Assembly: GCA_050331735.1 (NCBI GenBank)
Contig: JBHJGN010000029.1
Span: forward strand, 128,001 to 192,000
From: Cyanophyceae cyanobacterium
GTDB taxonomy: Bacteria > Cyanobacteriota > Cyanobacteriia > Cyanobacteriales > JBHJGN01
Length of the DNA stretch: 64,000 nt
Reading direction: 5' to 3'
The notes under the pieces were generated by a model, which saw nothing but the letters and a program-made list of their open reading frames with translations, was not told where the DNA came from and searched no databases. This document shows positions 21,388 to 30,583 of this stretch, piece by piece (within the stretch, counting starts at the first letter, position 1; every line of letters begins with the position of its first letter). The position numbers were made by a program, and so were the translations under genes.

Positions 21388-21471
21388 TGCGGAACCCGGG
21401 ACTTGAACCCGGAAGTCCTTGCAGACACTAGAACCTGAATCTAGCGCGTCTACCAATTCCGCCAGTTCCGC
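21388..21471 (-). tRNA. tRNA-Leu(CAG)
   Basis: GCGGAAC acceptor stem, D-loop GGAATTGGTAGAC, anticodon arm CTAGA-TTCAGGT-TCTAG, long variable arm, GGTTCAAGTCC T-loop; CCA not encoded. Confidence 0.96.
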
Positions 21472-21630
21472 ACAATTTTATTCGCGATCTATTATTTTTT
21501 CAAAGACAGAGCAGATTGTCAAGCAATTAGTCCTGTTATGCTGAGCAAAAAATATTTCTGGATTCAAGCAACCCTAAGTCTTACTTTCGGGTAGAATCAA
21601 ACCAAATTTTGTCACTAGGAGGGCACGGCC

Positions 21631-22986
21631 ATTACTTCTCCATCTTTAAAGACCTTAACTGAATCGCCCCAGCACCCGCCAGTTTTAAAAATCGGCGGGC
21701 AAGCCTCTTTACAGGGTCACGTTCAGATCAGCGGCGCCAAAAATTCTGCCTTGGCGATTATGGCAGGAGCTTTACTTTGCCCAGATGACTGCCGCATTCG
21801 CAATCTGCCGGAGCTTGTTGATTTGACCCGGATGGGCCAAGTGTTAGCAGCACTTGGAATCAACATTAAACGACACGGCGATATTTTAGATGTCAATGCC
21901 AGCACGATTGGTCAACATCGCGCTCCTTACGAACTTGTTTCTCAGCTACGAGCGAGCTTTTTCATTATTGGTCCCCTCATTGCTCGGTTAGGTATTGCTG
22001 AGATTCCTCTTCCCGGTGGATGCGCCATTGGAGCGAGACCCGTTGACATTCACGTGCGCGGCCTGCAGGCTCTCGGGGCAGACGTGCGGATCGAGCACGG
22101 CATTGTTCATGCCTGCGTAAATCAGCGTCGCGGACGCTTACAGGGGACAAAAATTTATCTAGATTATCCGAGCGTTGGTGCAACGGAAACCATCATGATG
22201 GCCGCAACTCTCGCTGACGGGGAAACCACCATCGAAAATGCTGCTCAAGAACCAGAAGTGAGCGATTTGGCTAACTTCTGTCGCGCGATGGGAGCCAACA
22301 TCAAGGGCTCTGGAACCAACACAATTACAATTTCTGGGGTAGAGCGTCTGCATGCGGTGGATTACTCGGTGATTCCCGACCGGATTGAAGCCGGAACCTT
22401 TCTAGTCGCTGGAGCCATGACCCATTCCGAGCTGACGCTGGCGCCGGTGATTCCGGATCATCTTACCGCCGTCATTGCTAAACTCCGCGAAATCGGGGCT
22501 CACGTTATCGTCGAAGAGCCGCGCTGCCTGCGGATTGTGCCGGGCGAGAACCGCGCCACCGACATCGAGACCCTCCCTTTTCCGGGTTTTCCCACCGATA
22601 TGCAGGCGCAGTTTATGGCCCTGCTTGCCCTGGCCGAGGGAAACAGCATGATTAGCGAAACGGTGTTTGAAAATCGCCTGCGTCATGTTGCCGAACTCAA
22701 TCGCATGGGCGCCGATATCCGCATTAAAGGGAACCACGCTATTGTGCGAGGAGTCCCCTTTTTATCGGGAGCGCCAGTCATGGCCACTGACTTACGAGCC
22801 TCCGCCGCCCTCGTGCTGGCTGGTTTAGCCGCTCGCGGTGAAACCATCGTGCAGGGACTTCATCATCTCGATCGCGGGTACGACAACTTAGAAAACAAGC
22901 TCCGTCAGCTTGGGGCTCGCCTAGAGCGTGTTGGAGCAGCGACAGCGGCAGTTCCGATGCCAGATAAAACTGACATTAAGATTTAA
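21631..22986 (+). CDS. murA: UDP-N-acetylglucosamine 1-carboxyvinyltransferase (probable ATT start)
   Basis: [29 protein letters not shown] and FPTDMQ motifs. The conserved ISGAKNS lies upstream of the ORF-track TTG at 21751, so the start is extended to ATT 21631. Confidence 0.93.
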   Translation: MTSPSLKTLTESPQHPPVLKIGGQASLQGHVQISGAKNSALAIMAGALLCPDDCRIRNLPELVDLTRMGQVLAALGINIKRHGDILDVNASTIGQHRAPYELVSQLRASFFIIGPLIARLGIAEIPLPGGCAIGARPVDIHVRGLQALGADVRIEHGIVHACVNQRRGRLQGTKIYLDYPSVGATETIMMAATLADGETTIENAAQEPEVSDLANFCRAMGANIKGSGTNTITISGVERLHAVDYSVIPDRIEAGTFLVAGAMTHSELTLAPVIPDHLTAVIAKLREIGAHVIVEEPRCLRIVPGENRATDIETLPFPGFPTDMQAQFMALLALAEGNSMISETVFENRLRHVAELNRMGADIRIKGNHAIVRGVPFLSGAPVMATDLRASAALVLAGLAARGETIVQGLHHLDRGYDNLENKLRQLGARLERVGAATAAVPMPDKTDIKI

Positions 22987-23217
22987 TCCCTCTGAACCTA
23001 GACTAGCTGTGATTAGCTGTCTCCTTGTGCTCTTGACCACACTTAGCCTTTGCTCTTCCACACACTCTGCTCTGGTTGATAGCGTTTACTCATCCCGTTA
23101 TTGAGGATAGCTGCTACACAAACTAGAGAGCTGACTCCCTGACTCCTCACCTCGATTTGAAATCGGTTTCACTTCTGGTGAACCCGTTCGATGCTCATTG
23201 ATCGGCGCTCGAAACAG

Positions 23218-23814
23218 TCACTCTGTCCCTGGTTTTGGCATCACTTCGGAGGAATTGGCCACAATTTCTGCGATCGCGTTTACGTGTTTTAAGTAAGCCT
23301 TTTCTGCCAAAACAGGAGTGCTGCCTGCCAGCGAAACCGGTTTAGCTAGATCGATCCAAGACTGACAGCCGCCGTACTCCTGCCGATAGGGGATTTCTAC
23401 CGGCTGCGGTAGCTGATAGGTGCGCAGAAGTAAAACGGAAAGAGGCTGGCGCGGTTTCCACTGAAAACGTTCTGTCACGAAGCGTTCGTTCCAAATATGG
23501 TAAGGCAGTAACTGGTGAACCACTGACTCGTCACTGACACAGAAGAGATGAGTAATGGTGGCCCAGCTAGCGATCATCACGGTATTGGAATGCCAGCCAG
23601 AGGTCACCGAGGTCACGGGGTACCCTGTTTTCAACAGATGGGGCTGTTGATGTTCGTAAGTTGGATACAGCACAACCTGTTGGTAGCGAACCTGAAAGCG
23701 TCCGCCCGCTTCTCGAATGCCTCCTTTGCGCAGCAGTAAAATGGTGTCCCCGGATTCTAAGGCTCGGAGAGCGATCGCCCATTCTTTAAGAGCATGAGTA
23801 GTAGCAGAGAGCAT
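23218..23814 (-). CDS. DUF1802 family protein
   Basis: ALKEWA, LLRKGGIRE, YPTYEHQ and YGGCQSW motifs. Confidence 0.88.
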   Translation of the reverse strand: MLSATTHALKEWAIALRALESGDTILLLRKGGIREAGGRFQVRYQQVVLYPTYEHQQPHLLKTGYPVTSVTSGWHSNTVMIASWATITHLFCVSDESVVHQLLPYHIWNERFVTERFQWKPRQPLSVLLLRTYQLPQPVEIPYRQEYGGCQSWIDLAKPVSLAGSTPVLAEKAYLKHVNAIAEIVANSSEVMPKPGTE

Positions 23815-24070
23815 TGGACTTGCCGGTTAGCGATTTACTTCATCGTAGTGCGATTAGGCAGTCAAAATTTGAAATTTACCTTGAGACGAACCACTGAGAA
23901 ATCAGGGATTTAAGCTCAGGACTGCTAGGAAAGCTGGTTCCTGCTTGAATGTCTAACTTTGAATTGTGCCTCTCCAAGCGGTTTTCAGTTGAAGCAGAAG
24001 CCTTGAATGGATTAAAAGCGTGTCAATAGGGCAGTCCCCGTGTTAACCTATCACCATTAATTGCTGAACT

Positions 24071-24084
24071 AATACGCTTGTACC
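24071..24084. promoter_or_regulatory. LexA-like box upstream of smc
   Basis: AATACGCTTGTACC, 35 bp before the ATG; same variant as 15124-15137. Confidence 0.4.
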
Positions 24085-24119
24085 GATCTGACTTGCTATT
24101 GCCTCTCTAGCCAGCGCCT

Positions 24120-27100
24120 ATGGTTCATATTAAGCGCGTGGAACTTTCACACTTTAAATCTTTTGGCGGTACAGCTCGGATTCCGATACTGCCCGGATTT
24201 ACCGTCGTCTCGGGGCCTAATGGTTCAGGAAAATCAAACATTCTTGATGCACTGCTGTTTTGCCTCGGACTCGCTACCTCTAGAGGAATGCGGGCAGAAC
24301 GGCTTCCCGATTTGGTCAATCATAATCGCACGAACGGTCGCCGCGCCGCCGAAACGACCGTCTCTGTTACCTTCGCTCTTTCTGACGGCTTGGAGACCGA
24401 GCCATTCGCCGAGTCAGATGATTCCTCCAATGGTCACAACGGCAGTAAAATAGCCTCAGAATGGACCGTGACCCGTCGCCTGCGTGTCGGTCAAGGCGGC
24501 AATTACTCCTCCACCTACTACATCAACGGAGCCGTCTGTACCGCGAGCGAACTCCACGAACAGCTTAGCCGTCTGCGCATCTATCCTGAAGGCTATAACG
24601 TTGTGCTACAGGGGGACGTAACCCGCATTATCACGATGAATTCGCGGGAGAGGCGAGAAATTATCGACGAACTGGCGGGAGTCGCAGAATTCGATCGCCG
24701 GATCGAGCAGGCCAAGCAGACCCTCGAAGACGTGCGCGAACGGGAAGACCGGTGCCGCATCCTCGAGCAAGAGCTGATTAAGTCCCGCGATCGCTTGGCG
24801 GCTGACCGCGTGAAGGCGGAGAAATATCACAAGCTCAAAGGCAAAATTCAGGAACAGCAGCAGCAGGAAAAGCTCCTGATTTGGCACTCGCTGCATCAGC
24901 AGGAACGCCAGCTCCAGGGGCAGATGACCGCCCGAGAGCAGCAGCTCGCGCAGCTCACCCAACAGCTCAGCGCGCTAGACACCGACATTAACCAAGCCAC
25001 GGCTCAGCTCGCCGAACTGAACCGCCGCGTTAAAGCCCTCGGAGAAGACGAACAGCTATCGGTGGCCTCAAAGCTAGCCACTCAAAAAGCCAAGCATCAG
25101 CAGCTTGAGCAGCGCCAGCAGGAGCGACAAACCCTAGCGCAGCAGAATCAAGAGGCGATCGCCCGCACTCAAGGAGAGCTAGCCCACTATCACCACTCTT
25201 TGTCAGCCCTCGAGCAACGCCAGTCCCACCTCCAGGCCACTCTCCCCACCACCGCCCAACGGCGCGAGCAAGCCCAGGCTACCCTGCAAACGAGCCGGGA
25301 ACAGGCCGATGCGATCGCTGCGGCTTCCGACGCCTGGATTCAGGAACAAGCCGCCCTCAGCCGCCAGATCGCCACTCTCCAGAAGACCCTGAATCCTCTT
25401 CAGAATGAACAGGCACAGTTACAAGAGCGCACCAGTCAGCGACAAAATCAGCTCACAGAACAGTATCAGCTTCAACAAATTAATCAGCAGGAACGAGAGG
25501 CGAACAGAGCTGAGAGCACGGCATTATCTGAGAGACTCGCCGCGTTTGAGCAACAGATCCAGCTCCTCGCCCATCAACTCGCCACTGCCGAACAAGAATG
25601 CACCATTAGCCAGGAAACTCAGACTCGTCTGCTGCGAGAACAGCGAGAGAAACAGCGCCAGCTCGATAAGCTAGAGGCGACGAAAGAGGCTCAGCAGGAC
25701 GCCCAGGGCACCACCGCCACCAGAACGATTCTCCAGGCCAACCTACCCGGAGTGTGTGGCTTGGTCGCTCAGCTCGGACAGGTTGAGCCTCGCTATCAGT
25801 TAGCGCTGGAAACCGCCGCTGGCGGCAGACTGGGATTTATCGTGGTCGAAGACGACCAGGTGGCGGCAGCGGGGATTGAGCTGCTCAGGCAGCGACGAGC
25901 CGGACGAGCGACGTTTCTCCCGCTCAACAAAATTCAGCCGCCGCGCTTTAACGAGACAGTCGTGCTGCGGTACGCCAGGGGCTTTGTTGATTTAGCGGTC
26001 AATCTGATCGATGCGCCCCTCCAGTATCGGAAAATCTTTGCCTACGTTTTCGGCGGGACGGTCGTGTTTGAAACGATCGATGAGGCTCGTCCTTATTTAG
26101 GCAAACAGCGGATCGTAACGATGGCAGGGGATTTGCTAGAGAGTAGCGGAGCGATGACTGGAGGCAGCCGCCCTCTGCGCTCAGCGCTGCATTTTGGCAC
26201 AGCGACCCCCACAGACTCAGAAGAATTAGAGAGTCTGCGGCATCGCTTAGCGGAAATTGACCGGATTTTGGAGCGCAATGAACGCTACCTAGCACAAAAA
26301 AACACCGCTACCAGACGATTAGCCCAGGAACTCACGGACAGCAGACAGCAGGGACGAGAGCAGCAGCTTAGACGAGAACAGTTAGACCAAGAAGAAGCAC
26401 GATTAACGGCGCAGCAGGCTCAGCTTGCGGCCCAGGTTGAACGGAGTCGGGAAGAACTTCGGCAGGCCGAGCAGCGACTCCAGGACTTAGCCACCCAAAT
26501 CCCGCTGATGGAAGCGCAGCTTCAGCAAAATCAGCAGCGCTTGAGCGAGCTAGAGGCCTCGGGAACCTCCAGCGAGTGGCAACAGCTTCAGGTGCTCATT
26601 AAAGAGCAAGAAGCCGAACTACAGCAGCAGGAACGGGCGTATCGGGAAGTAGAGGAACAGCTTAAAGATGTCGCCAATCAGCAGCAGCGCCTCGTCGAAA
26701 AAATCACCGAAGCGGAGCAGCGCCTTGCCGCAGACCAGAATCGAGCGTCAGCCCTGAACCAACAGCAGCTAGAGGTAATGCAGGAACGGGCCAGTCTGGG
26801 GGAGCGTATTGCCGCCACGGAAGAGGAGTTAGCTCGCCTGTCAGAACGCCTCGGGGAAACAAAACAAGAGCGCGATCACACCGAAGCGAATCTGCGATCG
26901 CACCAGCATCAGCAGCAACAGCAGGCTTGGCAGCAGCAAAAACTGATAGAAACGCAACAGTCGCAGCAAGCCGAGTTGGCGGAACTGCGCGAAGAGATTG
27001 CGCGCCAAAGGTTAGAACTGCCGGAGCCTCTTCCCGAACCGGCGATCGCAGACCCGGATGCTGACCTCACGACTCCACTCGGCCAGCTCCAGCAGGAACT

Positions 27101-27716
27101 CCGCAGCGCCCAGAAGCGCCTAGAAGCCATGGAGCCTGTCAATATGCTGGCGCTCGAGGAATACGAACAGATGCAGGCCCGACTCGAGGAGCTATCGGCA
27201 AAACTAGCTACCCTAGAAGCCGAACGCACAGAAATCTTACTCAGAGTGGAAAACTTTACCACCCTCCGCCTTCAGGAGTTCAAAAAAGCCTTTGACGCGG
27301 TCAACGAGAACTTCCAATCTATTTTTGCCACCCTCTCTGATGGCGACGGCTATCTCCAGCTCGAAGATACTGCCGATCCGTTTAGCGGCGGGTTAAATCT
27401 AGTCGCGCATCCGAAAGGTAAACCCGTACAGCGATTAAGTTCGATGTCTGGAGGAGAAAAATCCTTAACCGCCTTGAGCTTTATCTTTGCCCTCCAGCGC
27501 TATCGTCCCTCGCCTTTTTACGCCTTTGACGAGGTAGATATGTTCTTAGACGGAGCGAACGTAGAACGATTGTCCAAAATGATCAAACACCAGGCTCAGC
27601 AGGCTCAATTCATTGTCGTCAGTCTGCGCCGTCCAATGATCGAAGCCGCCCAGCGCACCATCGGCGTGACCCAAGCCAGAGGAGCCTACACTCAAGTATT
27701 GGGGATCAAGCTATGA
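24120..27716 (+). CDS. smc: Chromosome segregation protein SMC
   Basis: FKSF, GPNGSGKSN Walker A, hinge GRATFLPL, MSGGEKS signature, DEVD Walker B; long coiled coils. Confidence 0.97.
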   Translation: MVHIKRVELSHFKSFGGTARIPILPGFTVVSGPNGSGKSNILDALLFCLGLATSRGMRAERLPDLVNHNRTNGRRAAETTVSVTFALSDGLETEPFAESDDSSNGHNGSKIASEWTVTRRLRVGQGGNYSSTYYINGAVCTASELHEQLSRLRIYPEGYNVVLQGDVTRIITMNSRERREIIDELAGVAEFDRRIEQAKQTLEDVREREDRCRILEQELIKSRDRLAADRVKAEKYHKLKGKIQEQQQQEKLLIWHSLHQQERQLQGQMTAREQQLAQLTQQLSALDTDINQATAQLAELNRRVKALGEDEQLSVASKLATQKAKHQQLEQRQQERQTLAQQNQEAIARTQGELAHYHHSLSALEQRQSHLQATLPTTAQRREQAQATLQTSREQADAIAAASDAWIQEQAALSRQIATLQKTLNPLQNEQAQLQERTSQRQNQLTEQYQLQQINQQEREANRAESTALSERLAAFEQQIQLLAHQLATAEQECTISQETQTRLLREQREKQRQLDKLEATKEAQQDAQGTTATRTILQANLPGVCGLVAQLGQVEPRYQLALETAAGGRLGFIVVEDDQVAAAGIELLRQRRAGRATFLPLNKIQPPRFNETVVLRYARGFVDLAVNLIDAPLQYRKIFAYVFGGTVVFETIDEARPYLGKQRIVTMAGDLLESSGAMTGGSRPLRSALHFGTATPTDSEELESLRHRLAEIDRILERNERYLAQKNTATRRLAQELTDSRQQGREQQLRREQLDQEEARLTAQQAQLAAQVERSREELRQAEQRLQDLATQIPLMEAQLQQNQQRLSELEASGTSSEWQQLQVLIKEQEAELQQQERAYREVEEQLKDVANQQQRLVEKITEAEQRLAADQNRASALNQQQLEVMQERASLGERIAATEEELARLSERLGETKQERDHTEANLRSHQHQQQQQAWQQQKLIETQQSQQAELAELREEIARQRLELPEPLPEPAIADPDADLTTPLGQLQQELRSAQKRLEAMEPVNMLALEEYEQMQARLEELSAKLATLEAERTEILLRVENFTTLRLQEFKKAFDAVNENFQSIFATLSDGDGYLQLEDTADPFSGGLNLVAHPKGKPVQRLSSMSGGEKSLTALSFIFALQRYRPSPFYAFDEVDMFLDGANVERLSKMIKHQAQQAQFIVVSLRRPMIEAAQRTIGVTQARGAYTQVLGIKL

Positions 27717-27730
27717 GCAGCGAAGCTGCT

Positions 27731-27930
27731 GGGGAAAAGGGGTAAGCCGCTTTTGCGGCGGGAAAAGGGCAAAGGGGAAGGGGTAAGCCGCTTTTGCGGC
27801 GGGAAAAGGGCAAAGGGGAAGGGGAAAAGGGAGGACTGATACCCAGTTCCTTAGACCCTGCGTTTTTCCCCGTCCCAACCGGGACCATTTCCCCTTTCCC
27901 CCTTCCCCCTTCCCCGTCCCAACCGGGACA
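27731..27930. repeat. Inverted G-rich/C-rich tract with a 41-bp tandem duplication and 4 micro-hairpins
   Basis: GCCGC-TTTT-GCGGC twice (27746, 27787) and GTCCC-AACC-GGGAC twice (27872, 27916); fills the gap between convergent smc and ruvA. Confidence 0.85.
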
Positions 27931-27932
27931 GA

Positions 27933-28565
27933 TCATTCCCCGTCGCTGAGCCAGGTAATCGCACTCTTAATCCAGTCTTCGACGTGGGGGTTTTTGAGCA
28001 ACAGGTTGTCTTTGCTGAGGGCGGACATGGCCTGTTCAATTTCTTCAGTGGTATAGCCGAGAGCTAGCAGAGTCATTTCCACATCTTCTAAAATGGCGGC
28101 GTTGGGCGCGGCTAAAGACCTTGACGCAGTGACTCCCGCATCCTGTCGCCACTGAGAGAGCTTCGTTTTGAGTTCTAAAGACATGCGCTCTGCGGTTTTT
28201 TTGCCGACCCCCGGTGTTTTAGAGAGAGCTCGAATATTCGTTGTCACGATCGCCTGCACTAAATCTGTGAGTCCGAGGGTATCGATCAAGGCGATCGCCA
28301 ACTGAGTGCCAATTCCGCTAACGCTGATGAGCTGACGAAATAAATCTCGTTCGGCGGCGGACGCAAACCCGTAGAGAATCTGCTGATCCTCTCGGATCTG
28401 TAGGTGAGTAAAAATCTGTGTTGTTGCTTCTAGATCATTAAAAGAACGGGCTAGGCGCGAAGGAATCTGTATCTCATAGCCGACGGAGTTGACCTCCAGA
28501 ATGAGCAAGACGCGATTGGTGCTTTTAATGACCTCAACTACCTGACCCTTAAGGTAGCTAATCAT
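27933..28565 (-). CDS. ruvA: Holliday junction branch migration protein RuvA
   Basis: MISYLKG, VGYEI, IRED..LYGF, HhH motifs VSGIG and PGVGKKTAER. Confidence 0.96.
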   Translation of the reverse strand: MISYLKGQVVEVIKSTNRVLLILEVNSVGYEIQIPSRLARSFNDLEATTQIFTHLQIREDQQILYGFASAAERDLFRQLISVSGIGTQLAIALIDTLGLTDLVQAIVTTNIRALSKTPGVGKKTAERMSLELKTKLSQWRQDAGVTASRSLAAPNAAILEDVEMTLLALGYTTEEIEQAMSALSKDNLLLKNPHVEDWIKSAITWLSDGE

Positions 28566-28589
28566 ACTCTATTGCTCCTTAGATAGCGG

Positions 28590-28803
28590 TTAGCCTTCGG
28601 CAGCTTTTAGCTGTTAGCTCTTAGCCAATCGTGACAAGTTAATAAACTTCGCTTTTTGTCAACTAGTTTTTAGCTATTAGCTGCTCAATCAGCAAGGCTC
28701 CTAAGAGCTAGCTGAAAGCTAAGAGTTCTATGCCTACTAGCTCATTGATTAGTCGGTTCTACACTTAGAAAAGCTAACAGCTAACGGCTAGTAGCTAATA
28801 GCT
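28590..28803. repeat. TAGCT-type heptamer repeats in inverted arrangement, including a ~62-bp unit also found at 63918
   Basis: TAGCTGT/TAGCTCT units on the left, AGCTAAC/AGCTAAT units on the right; 28615-28675 matches 63918-63982. Confidence 0.7.
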
Positions 28804-29551
28804 ACTCAAGAAAGCCAAAATGCTTTAAGCCTTCTAGAATACCACCTGCTGCCGATGCTTGAGCCAGGTAGCGATGGTCGGCGCAATTTTCGCGGTACCA
28901 CTGAAGCAGTTCAGGACGGGCATTGCCGACAATCACGCCTCGTTCGTCACCGCCAAATAAAGCAATGTCGTTACCCGAGTCGCCGCAGACAACCGTTTGT
29001 TCGGCGCTAATCTTCCATTTTTGCCGCAAAAACTGAATGGCTAACCCTTTATCTCCTTTGGCTGGCAAAATATCTAAATCCTCGCCTCCGCTGTAGATTA
29101 CCTTAAAGCTTAAGTTCTGCTCAGTTAGCGCTGATTCTAGTCGCGGAATCAACTCATCCGCGACTGTTTCGCTCAAGAAATAGCTGACTTTGAACGGATT
29201 TTGTTCGGAATCCGCTTGCGGAGTTAAGTCTGAAAAATGTCCGGCGATCGCCACTACTTGTTCGCGATCCCACTCCGACGATAAAATCTGCGCCCAGTTT
29301 GCATCAAAGGCATCTTGAGTGGGATCAAAATACAGTTCCGTGCCGACGGAGGTAATCAGGGCATCGGGAGGTAGCAGAGACTGTTCTTGAGTCAGTTGGC
29401 GGTAGCGAAACAGCGATCGCCCAGTAACGTAGACAATTCGCGTTTGATTTTCTTGACGATGCCGATGTAGCTGTTGATTGAGTTCTGCAAGGGCAGCCTC
29501 GTCGCCGACGAGAGTATGATCTAAATCGGTAGCAAATAAGAAGGATGACAT
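28802..29551 (-). CDS. spp: Sucrose-phosphate phosphatase (HAD)
   Basis: TDLDHTLVGD, YVTGRS, SVGTE, EQNPFKVSY and CGDSGND motifs. Confidence 0.9.
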   Translation of the reverse strand: MSSFLFATDLDHTLVGDEAALAELNQQLHRHRQENQTRIVYVTGRSLFRYRQLTQEQSLLPPDALITSVGTELYFDPTQDAFDANWAQILSSEWDREQVVAIAGHFSDLTPQADSEQNPFKVSYFLSETVADELIPRLESALTEQNLSFKVIYSGGEDLDILPAKGDKGLAIQFLRQKWKISAEQTVVCGDSGNDIALFGGDERGVIVGNARPELLQWYRENCADHRYLAQASAAGGILEGLKHFGFLE

Positions 29552-29849
29552 GGTTGCTCAGATTAGGAAACCTCACAGTTTAAAGTAAGGGGAGAGGGTC
29601 GCCTTAAGCAAGCGTTGCTCTGCGACTGTTCCTAGCGCACAGAGACAGAAATCGGGAACGGGGCCCATATTCAGCTTGTTTCTCTGTGCTGTTTTCCGTC
29701 AGCTCGCGACACTGATTGGCCAGTAAATCGGCTAAATTCTGCCTTTTACTAGGGTAGGCTTTTCTGTTTGACCTTGAAGCTCCAAGTTTCGCTGTAGCTT
29801 TTTGAGCATCATTTATCTAAACTGGGAACATTGAGCTGGAAAGAAGACG

Positions 29850-30161
29850 ATGGCATTTAAAAGCTCAGACAAAGCGAAAGAGGCTGCCCAGCGCCGAGCT
29901 AAGCAACTTCAACAGCAGAAGAAAAAGCTGGCTAAACAGCAAAAAAGACAGGTAATCGCTCAGCAGAGAAAAGCCCAGCAGGTGCAAAAACAACAGCAAC
30001 AGTTAAGAAAAAAACAGGCAAAAGCGAGGCAGCGTCCTAGTGCTCAGCCAGCGAGTCAGCGACGCAGACGACGAATTCAGCTCGGGGTGCTAGAAATTAC
30101 AGCTTTAGTATTTATCGTTCTCGCTCTTCCAATCATTATTTTTGTATTCTCTTTTATGTGA
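29850..30161 (+). CDS. Small Q/K/R-rich protein with C-terminal TM anchor
   Basis: 103-aa ORF: low-complexity basic N-terminus plus a hydrophobic tail. Confidence 0.65.
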   Translation: MAFKSSDKAKEAAQRRAKQLQQQKKKLAKQQKRQVIAQQRKAQQVQKQQQQLRKKQAKARQRPSAQPASQRRRRRIQLGVLEITALVFIVLALPIIIFVFSFM

Positions 30162-30583
30162 CAATCGTCCTATATTCTTCATAGCCACAATCGCTCTTCT
30201 ACAGCACTCTTGAGCGTCCTGGAGAGAGCTTCTACCAAAAGCTGCCGCGCTCAAGCTGTTACGCAGTCAAAATGCAGCCCCCATCCTCTTACGTCAGCAG
30301 CTTAAGAGCACCCAACGATTTGCTATGACTCAACTAGAGCTAGAAAAAAAACTTGCTTGAATGGCTCTGAACTAACGTCAGGACAAACCAGCCATGATAA
30401 ATTGCTGTTCGGTTGGGGAAAGAGTATTAATGTTTGGAGATTGCACCATTGTGCTTGTGGTTGTCGTGACAGACACTCGTTTTGGATTAATAAGATCCTA
30501 AACTAAAAGAATCTATTCCTTGTCACGCGCCGCGAATACGGTTCGATGCTCACCCTTACAAAAGCTTATTCATTGCTAAGTCT

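Noticed and set aside
21388..21471. tRNA-Leu as an integration site
   Set aside because: No integrase or duplicated tRNA 3' end seen; flanked by housekeeping genes.
24880..26970. CAG/Gln-rich stretches in smc
   Set aside because: Ordinary coiled-coil composition, not a repeat element.
27731..27930. Possible CRISPR mini-array
   Set aside because: Units are tandem duplicates without unique spacers, and no cas genes are present.
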